A DNA stretch of 64,000 nucleotides from a bacterium (GCA_031441465.1 JANOEP010000044.1:1-64000), one strand, 5' to 3'; positions 46,847 to 57,618 are shown, counted from the stretch's first letter. Program-made: numbers and translations. Notes: generated from the sequence alone by a model not told the origin.

Positions 46847-48088
46847 TCAGGCGTCGTGGCTGGGTTCGGCGCGCCCGCCCGGGCCGATCCGCAGTTTGGT
46901 CGAAGTCTGCATCGCCTCGTTCACCGCCTCTTCCATCCCGATCACCTCCGACAGCTCCAGCAGCTTGACGGCGCGGGCGTTGAGCACCGGCCGCGGCGAG
47001 CGGATCGAGCAGCAGTCGCGGTGCGGCTCGATGGAGATGCCGTACGCGCCGATGCGCCGGCTCAAGGCCGTGATCTCGAGCTTGTCCATGCCGATCACCG
47101 GCCGCAGGATCGGCAGGCGGATGTCGGGCGTGATGGCCGCGAGGTTGGGCAGGGTCTGGCTGGCGACCTGGCCGACGCTGTCGCCGGCGATCACCGCCTG
47201 GCAGTTCTCCCGGCGCGCGAAGCGCACCGCCGTCTTGAACATGTAGCGGCGGAAGAGCACCATGTCGTAGGCGTCCTCGACCGCGCCCATGGCGCGCACC
47301 TCGTACGGGTAGGACGGCACCAGGTGCAGCACCAGCGGCTGGGGGGCGAAACCGGCCAGGACGGCGACCAGGCGTTCGATCTTGTCGGAGTCGGCCTCGG
47401 CGACGCTGCGGCCCGGGTAGAAGTGGACGAACTCGGGGCGGCAGCCCCGCCGCATCATCATCCACGCCGCCACCGGCGAGTCGATCCCGCCGGACATCAG
47501 GACCGTGACGCGCCCGCTGGAGCCCACGGGCAGGCCGCCGCAACCGGGCAGCTTCTGGGCGAAGATCAGGATTTCCCGCTTCATCACCAGCACGTGGACC
47601 GTGAATTCGGGATTCCGTAGGTCCACCGGCAGGCCGGTCGCCGTGACGATGGCGGCGCCGAGCTGCGCGCTGATCTGGGGCGAGGGCATCGGGAAAGTCC
47701 GGTCGGATCGCCGCGTTTCCACCTTGAAGGTGCGGGCGGCGCCCACCTCGCGGCGGGCCATCGCGGCGGCGATCTCGCCGGCGCTGTCCAGGTCGGCCGC
47801 GTCGTCGCCGGTGCGGGGGACCGAGGCGGCCAGCGACAGGTTCTGGATGCCGGGCACCCGCTGCAGTTTCGCGGCGGCGCGCACGGCGGCCGCCGGATCG
47901 CCGAGGCGCAGCAGCAGGCGGCTCTCGATGTGGTTGAGGGCGACCACCGGCTCGCCGCGCAGCTGCGCCATCATGTTGTTGCGCAGGCGCAGCAGGAACA
48001 CGTGGCGGTTCTTGCCCTTCAGGGCGATCTCCGAGTAGTGGGCGCTGATCACCGTTCGGTCGGCGTCGGTCGGCAGGCGGTCGTGCAC
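46847..48088 (-). CDS. thiI: tRNA 4-thiouridine synthase ThiI (no rhodanese domain)
   Basis: YSEIALKGKNR, THUMP domain, SGGIDSPVA, GQVASQTL, DCC. Confidence 0.92.
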   Translation of the reverse strand: MHDRLPTDADRTVISAHYSEIALKGKNRHVFLLRLRNNMMAQLRGEPVVALNHIESRLLLRLGDPAAAVRAAAKLQRVPGIQNLSLAASVPRTGDDAADLDSAGEIAAAMARREVGAARTFKVETRRSDRTFPMPSPQISAQLGAAIVTATGLPVDLRNPEFTVHVLVMKREILIFAQKLPGCGGLPVGSSGRVTVLMSGGIDSPVAAWMMMRRGCRPEFVHFYPGRSVAEADSDKIERLVAVLAGFAPQPLVLHLVPSYPYEVRAMGAVEDAYDMVLFRRYMFKTAVRFARRENCQAVIAGDSVGQVASQTLPNLAAITPDIRLPILRPVIGMDKLEITALSRRIGAYGISIEPHRDCCSIRSPRPVLNARAVKLLELSEVIGMEEAVNEAMQTSTKLRIGPGGRAEPSHDA

Positions 48089-48161
48089 GGAATCTCCGTC
48101 GACGAAGGAAGGGAGCCGCAGTTCGCGGGTCAGCCCAAGGATGCGCCCTGAGCGGGCGAAG

Positions 48162-50342
48162 TCAACGGGCGAGGGTGATCTTGGCCGTACGGCGGGCCGC
48201 GGCGGATCCGTCCTGCGGGCTGCTGAAGAAGGTGGCGAAGTAGATGCCGGCCGGGCAGGCGCGCCCGTCCCGGTCGCGGCCGTCCCAGGACGCGGAGCGC
48301 TCGCCGGCGGGGGCCGGGGGCAGGGCGTGTGCGTGGACGAGGCGTCCGCGGATGTCGTGGATCTCCAGGCGGTCGCGGCTCGGGGCGGCGGTCCGCCAGC
48401 GCAGGATGCCGCGGCCGTGGAAGGGGTTGGGCAGCGGGGGCAGCAGGCTCAGGCCCGGGCCGTCGGCGCCGTCGCCCACCGCGACGACGACGTCCGCGGC
48501 GTGCAGCAGCCAGCCCTGGGGATCGACCGTCACCCCGGTCACCGCGGCGGGGACGGGCAGCCGGAAGTCCATGATCCGCCGGTCCACCCACAGGGCCACC
48601 GGGATGTCTCCGGCGGCGGTGGTGAGCGTCAGGTCCAACGGCATGATGAAGGGTTCGTCGCCGGTCAGGGGATCCGGCGGCTGGACCTGGCGCAGGTCGA
48701 GGTGCAGCACGTTCTGCCCGAATTCCTGCTCGTTGAACCAGGTCAGCGCCAACTCGGGGTGGGTCGTGCGCAGGAGCCACTGGTCGAAGAACCAGTCGAG
48801 CTGTTGGCGGCTGGTGCGCTCGCAAGAGCCGACGAAGTCCGCTGTGGTGACCGCCGTGTGGGAAACGTCGCGGTTCGTGATGTACTCGCGCAGGGCGTCG
48901 AAGAACATCTGGTCGCCGAGCACCCGCCGCAGCATGTGCAGCACCCAGGCGCCCTTGTGGTAGACCAGATCGTCGAAGTAGTACCAGGGGTCCGCGACGC
49001 CGGGCTCCCGCAGCAGGGGCGTGTCCCAATTCGTGAAGTTGCTGCGCGCCTTCATGAACCACTTCAGGGCGCTCGGGCCGGAGTTGTGCTCGCGCCACAG
49101 CCCCTCGACGTAGGTCGCGAACCCTTCGTTCAGCCAGACGTGGGTCCAGTCGGCGCAGGTGACCTTGTTGCCGAACCACTGGTGGGACAGCTCGTGCATG
49201 ATGATGGTGTCGAAGAAGTGGTCGCCGCGCACGAAGTGGGACCCGTACGAGGTGGCTGTGGGGTGCTCCATGGCGCCGTCCCACTCGAACAGGGCCATGC
49301 CGTACTTTTCGCCCGGGAACGGGTAGGCCCCGAACTTCGACTCGCAGAACGCCATCATGGCGCCCAGTCGTTCGAAGTCGACGACGGCATCTTCCACGAG
49401 GTTGGGGTAGACGTAATGGGTCAGCGGCAGATCGCCGCCGATGCCGGCGTAGATTTCCTGGAGCACGACGTAGTCGCTGACGGCGACCGACAGGTGGTAG
49501 GTGCTCAGGGGCTGGGCCTCGCGCCAGCAGAACAGCTCGGTCGTCGCCGGGTCGCGACCCGCGAGCGGCGAGCCGGGCGGGGCGAGGGCGACGGCGCCAG
49601 GCAGGTAGGGGTGCGGCGGCGGCGCGGCCAGCGGCGCGCCGTTGGAGACGCCGATCAGGCCCGCGGGCACCACCAGCATGATGTCGCAGGTGGCCTTGTC
49701 CAGGGGGTAGTCCTTGCACGGCCACCAGGAACGGGCGCTCCAGGGTTCGCTGAGGCTGGCGGCGATCGGCTCGCCGTCGGGCCGCGTCGTGAACTGGAAG
49801 CCGAAGAAACCGGCCGGTTGGGGCGCACCGCTGAAGAACACGGCGACGGTCAGCGTGTCGACGGGCGAAACGGACGCCGCCAGCGACACGCGCAGCAGGT
49901 CGCCGTCGCGCTGCCAGGGCAGGGGCGTGAACACCGTGCTGATCTCGCCGGCGCCGCTGACGCCCATGCCGGCGGCGAAGTCCAGGACCAGCTCGCCGAC
50001 GCCGGCCTGGACCGGCGTGAAGGTGACGAAGCAGGCGCCGCTCAGGACTTCCTGGTCGATGTTCACGTCGAGGTAGAGGGCGTAGTGCAGGACGTCGATG
50101 GCATCCTGCTCGGGTGTCGCCTGGGGCATCCGGTCGGCAGTGAAGGCGGCCGCGGCGGCCAGGGCCCGTGCCTTGCCTTCGTACGCCCAGGAGTCCGGGC
50201 TTTGGTCGGCCAGGAGGTGGTCGGTCGTGGTTCGAACGGCAGGATCGGTGACGGGCGCGGCGAAGCCCGCGACGGGCGACAGCAGCGCGACGCACAGCAG
50301 AGCGGCGACTAGGCCGGCGGATGTCTTGGGCGATGTGTGCAT
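48162..50342 (-). CDS. Secreted M1-family aminopeptidase with FlgD-Ig C-terminal domain
   Basis: GAMEH, HELSHQWFG...WLNEGFATY, YHKG; PNPF tail. Confidence 0.92.
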   Translation of the reverse strand: MHTSPKTSAGLVAALLCVALLSPVAGFAAPVTDPAVRTTTDHLLADQSPDSWAYEGKARALAAAAAFTADRMPQATPEQDAIDVLHYALYLDVNIDQEVLSGACFVTFTPVQAGVGELVLDFAAGMGVSGAGEISTVFTPLPWQRDGDLLRVSLAASVSPVDTLTVAVFFSGAPQPAGFFGFQFTTRPDGEPIAASLSEPWSARSWWPCKDYPLDKATCDIMLVVPAGLIGVSNGAPLAAPPPHPYLPGAVALAPPGSPLAGRDPATTELFCWREAQPLSTYHLSVAVSDYVVLQEIYAGIGGDLPLTHYVYPNLVEDAVVDFERLGAMMAFCESKFGAYPFPGEKYGMALFEWDGAMEHPTATSYGSHFVRGDHFFDTIIMHELSHQWFGNKVTCADWTHVWLNEGFATYVEGLWREHNSGPSALKWFMKARSNFTNWDTPLLREPGVADPWYYFDDLVYHKGAWVLHMLRRVLGDQMFFDALREYITNRDVSHTAVTTADFVGSCERTSRQQLDWFFDQWLLRTTHPELALTWFNEQEFGQNVLHLDLRQVQPPDPLTGDEPFIMPLDLTLTTAAGDIPVALWVDRRIMDFRLPVPAAVTGVTVDPQGWLLHAADVVVAVGDGADGPGLSLLPPLPNPFHGRGILRWRTAAPSRDRLEIHDIRGRLVHAHALPPAPAGERSASWDGRDRDGRACPAGIYFATFFSSPQDGSAAARRTAKITLAR

Positions 50343-50508
50343 GACGGGGTTACAGTCTCAAAGAACCTGGTTGTCTCCTCAAGTTGTCTGGCTCACAATG
50401 CAGGATGCCGCGCGGATCGCGCGAACGGTCCATGTTAGCACATGAGAGCATCTTTTGCACCCGCCGGTATCCGCGATGCGGGCCGGCTCGGACCTTCGGG
50501 AGGAACCG

Positions 50509-51801
50509 ATGCCGGACAATCGCGCTTTTTCGCTCGATCTGACTGGTTTAGAGTCATTTCTCGACCGCGGCGCGATCGACGAGCGCGCCGACCTGGCGCG
50601 TGCCATCGGCGCGGAACTGGCCCGCCGCGAGGGTCCCGGCGCCGACTTCTTGGGTTGGCTGGACCTGCCGCGCAACGCGTCCGGCCCGGATCTGGACCGC
50701 CTCCGGGACGCCGCCGAAGAAGCCCGCCGCGCCACCGACGTCGTGGTGGTGATCGGCATCGGCGGCTCCTACCTGGGCGCCGAGGCCGTCCTGCACGCCC
50801 TGGCCGACCGCACCTCCGGACCCGAGATCCTGTTCGCCGGCACGCACCTGTGCGCCGCCGGACTGCGCCGCCTGCTGCGGCGCATCGAAGGGCGCGAGGT
50901 GCGGCTGTGCGTGATCTCCAAGTCCGGCACGACGCTGGAGCCCGCCGTGTCGTTCCGCCTGTTCCGCGCCGCGCTGCGGGAGCGCTACGGCCGCGACGGC
51001 GAGCGGCGCCGCATCACCGCGATCACCGACGCCTCGCGCGGCGCCCTGCGCGCGCTGGCCGACGCCGAAGGTTGGGACAGCTACGTCATCCCCGACGACG
51101 TGGGCGGGCGCTTCTCGGTGCTGAGCCCGGTGGGCCTGTGGCCGCTGGCCGTCGCCGGTCTGGACGTGCGCCGCCTGCTCGAGGGGGCGGCCGACATGGC
51201 GGCCACCTGCGAAAACCCCGTGCTCGCCGCCAATCCCGCGCACCTGTACGCCGTGGCGCGCCACCAGCTCTACAGCGCCGGCTTCACGACCGAGGTGCTC
51301 AGCACCTTCCACAGCGACCTCGGGCCCCTGCAGGAGTGGTGGAAGCAGCTGTTCGGCGAGAGCGAGGGCAAGCACGGGCGCGGCATCTTCCCGGCGTCGT
51401 GCCGTTTCACGACCGACCTGCACAGCCTCGGCCAGTACCTGCAGGACGGCCGCCGCGAACTGTTCGAAACCTTCCTGACCGTCCGCGAGACCGATCCCTC
51501 GCTCGTCGTCCCCGCCTCGACGGACCGGGGCGACGGGCTCGGCTACCTCGAGGGCCGCTCCCTCGACGACATCAACGCCCAGGCCTACGCCGGCACGCGC
51601 GCCGCTCACCGCGAGGGGGGGCTGCCGACGCTCAGTCTGGAGCTGGCGCGACTGGACGAGTGGAGCGTCGGCGGGCTGCTCTTCTTCTTCGAGAAGGCCG
51701 TGGCGGTCAGCGGGCGCCTGCTGGGGGTGAACCCCTTCGATCAGCCCGGTGTCGAGGCCTACAAGCGCGAGATGTTCCGGCTGCTGGGCAAGCCCGCCTG
51801 A
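50509..51801 (+). CDS. pgi: Glucose-6-phosphate isomerase
   Basis: GIGGSYLG, SKSGTTLE, DDVGGRFSVL, QLFGESEGK, NPFDQPGVEAYK. Confidence 0.95.
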   Translation: MPDNRAFSLDLTGLESFLDRGAIDERADLARAIGAELARREGPGADFLGWLDLPRNASGPDLDRLRDAAEEARRATDVVVVIGIGGSYLGAEAVLHALADRTSGPEILFAGTHLCAAGLRRLLRRIEGREVRLCVISKSGTTLEPAVSFRLFRAALRERYGRDGERRRITAITDASRGALRALADAEGWDSYVIPDDVGGRFSVLSPVGLWPLAVAGLDVRRLLEGAADMAATCENPVLAANPAHLYAVARHQLYSAGFTTEVLSTFHSDLGPLQEWWKQLFGESEGKHGRGIFPASCRFTTDLHSLGQYLQDGRRELFETFLTVRETDPSLVVPASTDRGDGLGYLEGRSLDDINAQAYAGTRAAHREGGLPTLSLELARLDEWSVGGLLFFFEKAVAVSGRLLGVNPFDQPGVEAYKREMFRLLGKPA

Positions 51802-51802
51802 A

Positions 51803-51840
51803 GCGGGGAAACCGCGTCCGGATGGCTGCGGCTTCCCCGT
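51803..51840. terminator. Imperfect hairpin between convergent genes
   Basis: GCGGGGAAACCGC ... GCGGCTTCCCCGT. Confidence 0.4.
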
Positions 51841-51856
51841 TGGAACGCGGCGCGGG

Positions 51857-54802
51857 TCAACGCGCGAGCGTCACTTTGATCGAGCGCTCTTTTCCGTCGG
51901 CGGTCAGCCTCACCACGTAACTTCCCGAAGCAGCAACGCGTCCGCGCTCGTCGCGACCGTCCCAGACCAGCGCCTGCCAGCCGGCCGGTCGCGCGGTCAT
52001 CGCCAGTTCGCGAACCAGCCTCCCCATCTGGTCGTAAACGGCAAGACGGATCCGGGACGCCGCCGGCAACCCGAAGCGGATCGTCGTGCTGGGATTGAAG
52101 GGATTGGGATAACTCTCCAGCGCGAACGGCGCCGCGGGGGTGCTCGGCCCGGCGCCGGTGACGTCCTGCGGCCGCAACAGGCCTGGGGCACCCCGGTTCC
52201 CGTGCACGTCAACGCCCGCCACCTTGTAATAGGAACCGCTTCCGGTCTCCCACGACGCGTCGGTCCAGATCGTGTCACGCAAAGAGGCGACCAGACTGGC
52301 CTCGTTCACTGGGAAGTCCGGACTCGTGCCGCGGTGGACCTCGTAGCGGTCGAGGTCCGCTTCGGTATTCGGATGCCAGGCGAGGTCGAGCCGCGCCGGA
52401 CCGAACTGTGCGCGGCCGGCCAGCCCCTGTAGCAGCGCCGGCGCCAGGTTGTCGACCGAGCGCGCGCTGTCGGGCGGCGACGCCCAGAACACGGCGGGAT
52501 CGGCCGTGTGCGCGAGGACCTGGACGTAGGTGGGATCGTCGCAGACCGCGGTGGAGTCGAACAGCGTCGGGACGGTCTCCGCGTAGCCGGGCAGGTAGTA
52601 CGCGTCCAGCGAGGAGATCAGCCGCCAGTAGAAGGTCCGGCCGTCGAGGGTTTCCGTCCGCAGTTCCCGCTGTGGGGCGGCCGCTTTCTGGAGCGCCGCT
52701 TCGGCGGCGGTGATGGCGCGCCAGACCGTGTAGCGGGTGATGAGCCGCTGCTGCGCGTCGTCGCCGGGGCTGGCGTGCCACGAGAGGTCGAGCAGGCCAC
52801 CCTGGTCGCCCGGGACGTCCCGCACCGCGTGGAGGCGCGGCACGCGGTCGCCGGCGCCGCTGCACGCGACGCCGGGGCAGGCGACTCCGGTCGTGATCAT
52901 GGCGGCCGCCGGCTCGACCGCGACGGGGGAGAAGCGGACCACCACGTCGAGCGTGTCGCCGTGGCCGAGGTCGAAGGGCCCGGCGCCCTGGACGAGGCTG
53001 AAGGGCGAGGCTGGCGTGTCGACGGTCCCGGTCAGCCGGCAGCCGCCCTGGTTCGTGACGACGAACGGGAGATCCGCGTGCTGCCCGATCGACACGACGC
53101 CGAAGTCCAGCGACGCGGGCGCGACCAGGCAGGAGGGATCGACGCCGAGGCCGGTGAGCGGGATGTCCGCGCAGCCGCCGAGCCCGATGTCCAGGGTGCA
53201 GGCGTGCGTCCCGCCGGAGGTCGGTTCGCAGCGCACGGTCACCGCCAGCTGTTCGCCGGCGCCGAGGCTGAATGGGCCGCCGCCCGCCAGGACGGTGAAA
53301 TGGTCGCACGATTCGGAGACGTCGCCGGTCACGACGCCGCCGCCGTCGTTGCTGATGACCAGCGTGCTGTCCCTGTAGGCTTCCACCTGCCCGAAGTCGA
53401 GCTGGTCCGGCTCGACCCGGCACAGGGGCGTCGGCTGCGCGAAGATGTCCGTGCCGCCGCCGCCGCCGCTGCGGGCGTCCCACCAGGCGACCAGCTCGTT
53501 GCTCGTGGTGAGGGTGGCGGGGTAGGGGTAGGTCTGGTCGCCGTCGGCCGCGCACAGGACGAGCCCGTCGGCCGCCCACCGCGCGGCGCCGTTGGCGTCG
53601 ACCTGCTGGACGTAGATGTCGGCGTCGGCGCCGCGCTGGTCGTGCCAGGTCACGACGGCGCCGCCGTCGCCGTCGGCGACGACCCGGGCGCCCTGCTGGT
53701 GGCCGCTCGCATCGCAGATCGCGAGTCCGGCGGTTCCCCACATCAGATCCCCGGTGGAGCGTACGCGCTGGGCGTAGATGTCGTAGTTGTAGTTTCGCAT
53801 GTCGCGCCAGACGACGATCGCGCCGCCGTTGCCGGTGCTTGCGATCTGGGGGTTGTCGGCGGCCGGCAAGCCGGAGGAGAACATGACGACGCCGCCGGCT
53901 CCCCACTGGACGGTGCCCGTGGTATCGATGCGCTGAGCTGAGATCGTGGAGGTGCCCAAACCGTTCGTACACCAGGCGATGACGGCTCCCGTCCCGCCGT
54001 CGTCGACGATCTGGGGGCTGATCCTATTGTACATAGGGGTGTAAGGTGAAATCTGCACGCCGCCGCCGCTCCACATCGTGGCGCCGGTGCTCAGTAGTCG
54101 CTGGGCGTAGATGGTGCTGTTGGCGCTGCGGCCGTCCTGCCAGACGACGATCAGCCCACCAAGGCCGTCGGAGGCGAGCCGGGGCACGCTCTGGTTGCCG
54201 CTCACGCCGGAGACGTTCACACCCTGCGTCGTCCACTGCCCCGTTCCGTCCGGGGACAGCCGTTGCGCGTAGATGTCCTCGTTGCCGGCGGTGCGGCTGT
54301 CGGCCCAGACGATGAAGGCGCCGCCCGCCCCGTCCGCCGTGATCCGGGCGTATTGCTGGGTACCGGACATCGTGCAGACCGGAACACCGTTCGCCGCCCA
54401 GAGACAGACACCGGACAGGCTCACCTTCTGGGCGTAGACGTCGGAATTGCCGGATCTGGTGTCCTCCCAGACGACGACCACGGCCTCCGGATCGACCAGC
54501 GCCAGGCCCGTGAAGTACTGCGCCGAGGCACCCGTGCACACCGCGACGCCGTCGAGGCCCCAGAGCGGTTCCCCGGCGGCGTCCATCCTCTGTGCGTAGA
54601 CGTCGAGGTTGCCGTTGCGGTTGTCCCGCCAGGCGACGACCGTCCCGCCGGTGCCGTCGGACACGACGCAGACCTCGCTCTGATCGCCGGCCGACCGGCA
54701 GACGGGAACCCCGTCGGGCACCCAGGCGGACGTCGGCGCCGCCGAGGCGAGCAAGATCGCCAGGGCCGCGATCGCGGTTGTCGTGAAGGTGGTCCGGGTC
54801 AT
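51857..54802 (-). CDS. Secreted protein: repeated DG.GG...W.D.R...DIYAQ units (beta-propeller-like), two choice-of-anchor-D/ASH Ig domains, FlgD-Ig C-terminal domain
   Basis: About seven W.D.R..D(I/V)YAQ repeats; two LDFG.V Ig repeats; YPNPFNP tail. Confidence 0.82.
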   Translation of the reverse strand: MTRTTFTTTAIAALAILLASAAPTSAWVPDGVPVCRSAGDQSEVCVVSDGTGGTVVAWRDNRNGNLDVYAQRMDAAGEPLWGLDGVAVCTGASAQYFTGLALVDPEAVVVVWEDTRSGNSDVYAQKVSLSGVCLWAANGVPVCTMSGTQQYARITADGAGGAFIVWADSRTAGNEDIYAQRLSPDGTGQWTTQGVNVSGVSGNQSVPRLASDGLGGLIVVWQDGRSANSTIYAQRLLSTGATMWSGGGVQISPYTPMYNRISPQIVDDGGTGAVIAWCTNGLGTSTISAQRIDTTGTVQWGAGGVVMFSSGLPAADNPQIASTGNGGAIVVWRDMRNYNYDIYAQRVRSTGDLMWGTAGLAICDASGHQQGARVVADGDGGAVVTWHDQRGADADIYVQQVDANGAARWAADGLVLCAADGDQTYPYPATLTTSNELVAWWDARSGGGGGTDIFAQPTPLCRVEPDQLDFGQVEAYRDSTLVISNDGGGVVTGDVSESCDHFTVLAGGGPFSLGAGEQLAVTVRCEPTSGGTHACTLDIGLGGCADIPLTGLGVDPSCLVAPASLDFGVVSIGQHADLPFVVTNQGGCRLTGTVDTPASPFSLVQGAGPFDLGHGDTLDVVVRFSPVAVEPAAAMITTGVACPGVACSGAGDRVPRLHAVRDVPGDQGGLLDLSWHASPGDDAQQRLITRYTVWRAITAAEAALQKAAAPQRELRTETLDGRTFYWRLISSLDAYYLPGYAETVPTLFDSTAVCDDPTYVQVLAHTADPAVFWASPPDSARSVDNLAPALLQGLAGRAQFGPARLDLAWHPNTEADLDRYEVHRGTSPDFPVNEASLVASLRDTIWTDASWETGSGSYYKVAGVDVHGNRGAPGLLRPQDVTGAGPSTPAAPFALESYPNPFNPSTTIRFGLPAASRIRLAVYDQMGRLVRELAMTARPAGWQALVWDGRDERGRVAASGSYVVRLTADGKERSIKVTLAR

Positions 54803-54883
54803 GGCTGATCTCCCTCCGCTTCGGTGGTGCCGGCAGGAACGGGGGCGCGGACCGGCGGCCGCGCCCTCCTCATCGATGGGACT

Positions 54884-55687
54884 TCATCGGTACATGCTCT
54901 TGATGGCCCCCCAGCTCGTGGTGTCTCCGGCGACCGCACCGCAGTCGCAGGCCGTCGCGCAGAGGTTCACGGGCGTGATGACGCCGCCGCAGTTGAAGTT
55001 GAGCGCGAAGCAGCAGACCGCGGCGAAGGGCACGGTCGCGTCGGCCGACACGGCGAGGTGGCCGCTCCAGCCCGGCGGCACCGGGTTGGGCGCGGGCGAC
55101 AGGTCCTCGTTCAGCAGCGCGACGTTCCAGCCGGCGCACACGCCGGCGAACCACCAACCGGCCCAGCCCGGGCACATCGTCACGACGTGGATCATGGAAT
55201 GGCCGAAGCCCGGGCAGACCAGCAGATTGCCGAAGTGGGCGTTGACCTGGCCGCCGGGGGCGCCGTTGAAGAACCAGATGATGTCCACGTTGCCGTCCCA
55301 GTGGTCCTCGGGTCCGCAGTAGTCCTTGTCCCCGGTCGGCATGAGCCAGGGCAGGGTCTCGGTCGCCGAGGGAGGCAATTCCTCCCGCAGAACCTCCAGG
55401 AAGACGTCGAAGAAGCTGTCCGGCATCATCGGCGGTATCTGGAAGGTGCCGATCGTGCCGTGACGAGGCAGGAAGGCGCCGTACTCCTGCGAGAAGAGTT
55501 CGCCCGACGCCAGTTCAGAGGTCTGGGTGCCCGCGTTGTGGAACTGGACGTGGAAGGCGACCATGGCTCCCTGCGTCTCCCAGTCGACGGCGACGACCTC
55601 GAGCCCGCCCTGCGCCGCAGTGGCCGCAGGCAGCAGCAGAACCGCAGCCGCGACCAAGCAGAGTGCGATACGTAGCTTGTGGTGCAT
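54884..55687 (-). CDS. Secreted Cys-rich hypothetical protein with WGxxKxxY tail
   Basis: Signal peptide; DSFFDVFLEV motif; ends SWGAIKSMYR. Confidence 0.72.
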   Translation of the reverse strand: MHHKLRIALCLVAAAVLLLPAATAAQGGLEVVAVDWETQGAMVAFHVQFHNAGTQTSELASGELFSQEYGAFLPRHGTIGTFQIPPMMPDSFFDVFLEVLREELPPSATETLPWLMPTGDKDYCGPEDHWDGNVDIIWFFNGAPGGQVNAHFGNLLVCPGFGHSMIHVVTMCPGWAGWWFAGVCAGWNVALLNEDLSPAPNPVPPGWSGHLAVSADATVPFAAVCCFALNFNCGGVITPVNLCATACDCGAVAGDTTSWGAIKSMYR

Positions 55688-56170
55688 GTTCGACCCCCTT
55701 GAAGCTGGACTGTGCCCGGCCGACGACGCTCGCCGACCGGCAGGAGCCGCCGGGCGTCCCTCCCTCGGACGCGCCGTCGGCGTCGAACGCCACCCGCATG
55801 TGGGACGGCCGGTCCGGAGCGCGCGGATACGCCGCGCGCCGGCATCGCAGGCAGGGGGCGGAGTCGGAGTCTTCGGTGACGGAGGCTCGGGATCGAAGAT
55901 CGAGGGCGTGCGGCCGAGGTGAAGGCGGGGTTGATCGGGCTCCGCAGCCCCCGGAACGACGATCTTGGCGCCGGGCGGAGAATGCTGTCAACGGGGCTGC
56001 CGGCCGCCGTTCCAGCTGCATGGGGCCCATCGGGTTGTCGGGCGGTTGCGCGCCGCCGCCACCCTGCCGGAAAGCCGATCTCCCCCGCGGCCGTCTCCGA
56101 CCTGACAAACCCGCCCCGCTGCGCTACATTTCGCCGGCACCGAGCCCACCCACGCGAAGGGAACGCGACC

Positions 56171-57409
56171 ATGTCCAGCCAGATCCGCCCGCACGGCAGC
56201 GACCACCTGATGCCCCTGCTCCTGGAGGGCGCCGCCCGCGACGCCGAACTGAAGCGGGCCGCGGGCCTGCCGCAGGTCGTCATCAGCAGCCGCGAGGCCG
56301 GCGACCTGATCATGCTGGGCATCGGCGGCTTCACGCCGCTGACCGGTTTCATGGGGAAGGCCGACTGGGAGGGCGTCTGCCGCGACATGAAGCTGGCGAA
56401 CGGCGTCTTCTGGCCGATCCCCATCACCCTGAGCGTGGACCGCGCGACGGCCGGCGCGCTCAAGAGCGGCGACGAGATCGCGCTGCTCGAGCCGGAGACG
56501 GGCGAGATCCTCGCCACCATGGCGGTGCGGGAGAAGTACGAGATCGACCGCGCCTTCGAGTGCGAGCGCGTCTTCCGCACCGTCGACCCCGAGCATCCTG
56601 GCGTCAAGATGGTCCTGGAGCAGAAGGACATGAACCTCGGCGGCCCGGTGAAGGTGCTGAGCGAGAGCACGTTCCCGGCCGAGTTCCCCGGCCTTTACAT
56701 GCGACCCGAGGAGAGCCGCCGCATCTTCGCCGAGCGCGGCTGGAAGACGATCGCCGCGCTGCAGCTGCGCAACCCCATGCACCGCAGCCACGAGTACCTC
56801 GCCAAGATCGCGCTGGAAATCAACGACGGCGTGTTCATCCACCAGCTCGTGGGCAACCTGAAGCCCGGGGACATCCCCGCCGACGTGCGCGCGAAGTGCA
56901 TCGACGCGCTGGTCGACGGCTACTTCCTCAAGCAGAGCGTCCTGCAGGGCGGCTACCCGCTGGACATGCGCTACGCCGGACCGCGCGAGGGCCTGCTGCA
57001 CGGCCTGTTCCGCCAGAACTTCGGCTGCACGCACATGATCATCGGCCGCGACCACGCCGGCGTCGGCAACTACTACGGCCCCTTCGACGCCCAGAACATC
57101 TGGTCGGAGATCCCCGCGGGCTCGCTCGAGATCGAGATGCTGCCCATCGACTGGACCTTCTGGTGCTTCAAGTGCGGCGGCATGATCTCCATGCGCACCT
57201 GCCCCCACGGCAAGGAGGACCGCCTGTTCCTCTCGGGTACGGCCCTGCGCAAGGGCCTGAGCGAGGGCGGCGAGATCCCGCCCGAGTTCTCGCGCCCCGA
57301 GGTGCTGACGATCCTGAAGGAGTACTACGCCGGGATCGACGCCGCGAGCCGCGTGGAAGTGAAGCTGCACGACGCGGCGACGGGCAAGGGGACCGAGAAG
57401 AAATCCTGA
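56171..57409 (+). CDS. sat: Sulfate adenylyltransferase (homo-oligomeric Sat type)
   Basis: [49 protein letters not shown]. Confidence 0.95.
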   Translation: MSSQIRPHGSDHLMPLLLEGAARDAELKRAAGLPQVVISSREAGDLIMLGIGGFTPLTGFMGKADWEGVCRDMKLANGVFWPIPITLSVDRATAGALKSGDEIALLEPETGEILATMAVREKYEIDRAFECERVFRTVDPEHPGVKMVLEQKDMNLGGPVKVLSESTFPAEFPGLYMRPEESRRIFAERGWKTIAALQLRNPMHRSHEYLAKIALEINDGVFIHQLVGNLKPGDIPADVRAKCIDALVDGYFLKQSVLQGGYPLDMRYAGPREGLLHGLFRQNFGCTHMIIGRDHAGVGNYYGPFDAQNIWSEIPAGSLEIEMLPIDWTFWCFKCGGMISMRTCPHGKEDRLFLSGTALRKGLSEGGEIPPEFSRPEVLTILKEYYAGIDAASRVEVKLHDAATGKGTEKKS

Positions 57410-57502
57410 CGCGTCCTGACCGCGGTGCGGAAGTTGCCCTCGCCGGGAGAGAGGGAGTCGGCGTGAAGGACCGGCCAGCGAGCGCGATTCGGTGAATCGG
57501 GC

Positions 57503-57531
57503 TTGACCCGCGGTCCGTTCTTGCCGACAAT
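57503..57531 (+). promoter_or_regulatory. Putative sigma70 promoter upstream of the NYN leader
   Basis: TTGACC-17 nt-GACAAT. Confidence 0.55.
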
Positions 57532-57537
57532 CAGGGA

Positions 57538-57608
57538 GCAGTCAACCCCAGTTCGGCTCGTTGAGCCGACTGGCCCCCTCCGGGTTGCGACCCGGAGGGT
57601 TTCTTTTT
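57538..57608 (+). ncRNA. Candidate short structured RNA / terminated leader of the NYN gene
   Basis: Hairpin 57548-57573, then 10-bp hairpin 57576-57599 followed by TTTCTTTTT, 10 nt before the NYN ATG. Confidence 0.45.
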
Positions 57609-57618
57609 GATAACCACA

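Noticed and set aside
53450..54750. Repeated GCGTAGA(T/C)GTC units that could look like an array
   Set aside because: They encode the DIYAQ protein repeats of the minus-strand gene; not CRISPR
55688..56170. Possible SAM riboswitch or ncRNA in the long spacer before sat
   Set aside because: No SAM-I/II consensus elements recognised; only weak GC-rich hairpins
57541..57550. GTCAACCCC resembling the 5' end of IS200/IS605 (IscB omega-RNA) elements
   Set aside because: Too short; no tnpA/tnpB/iscB nearby and the downstream gene is NYN
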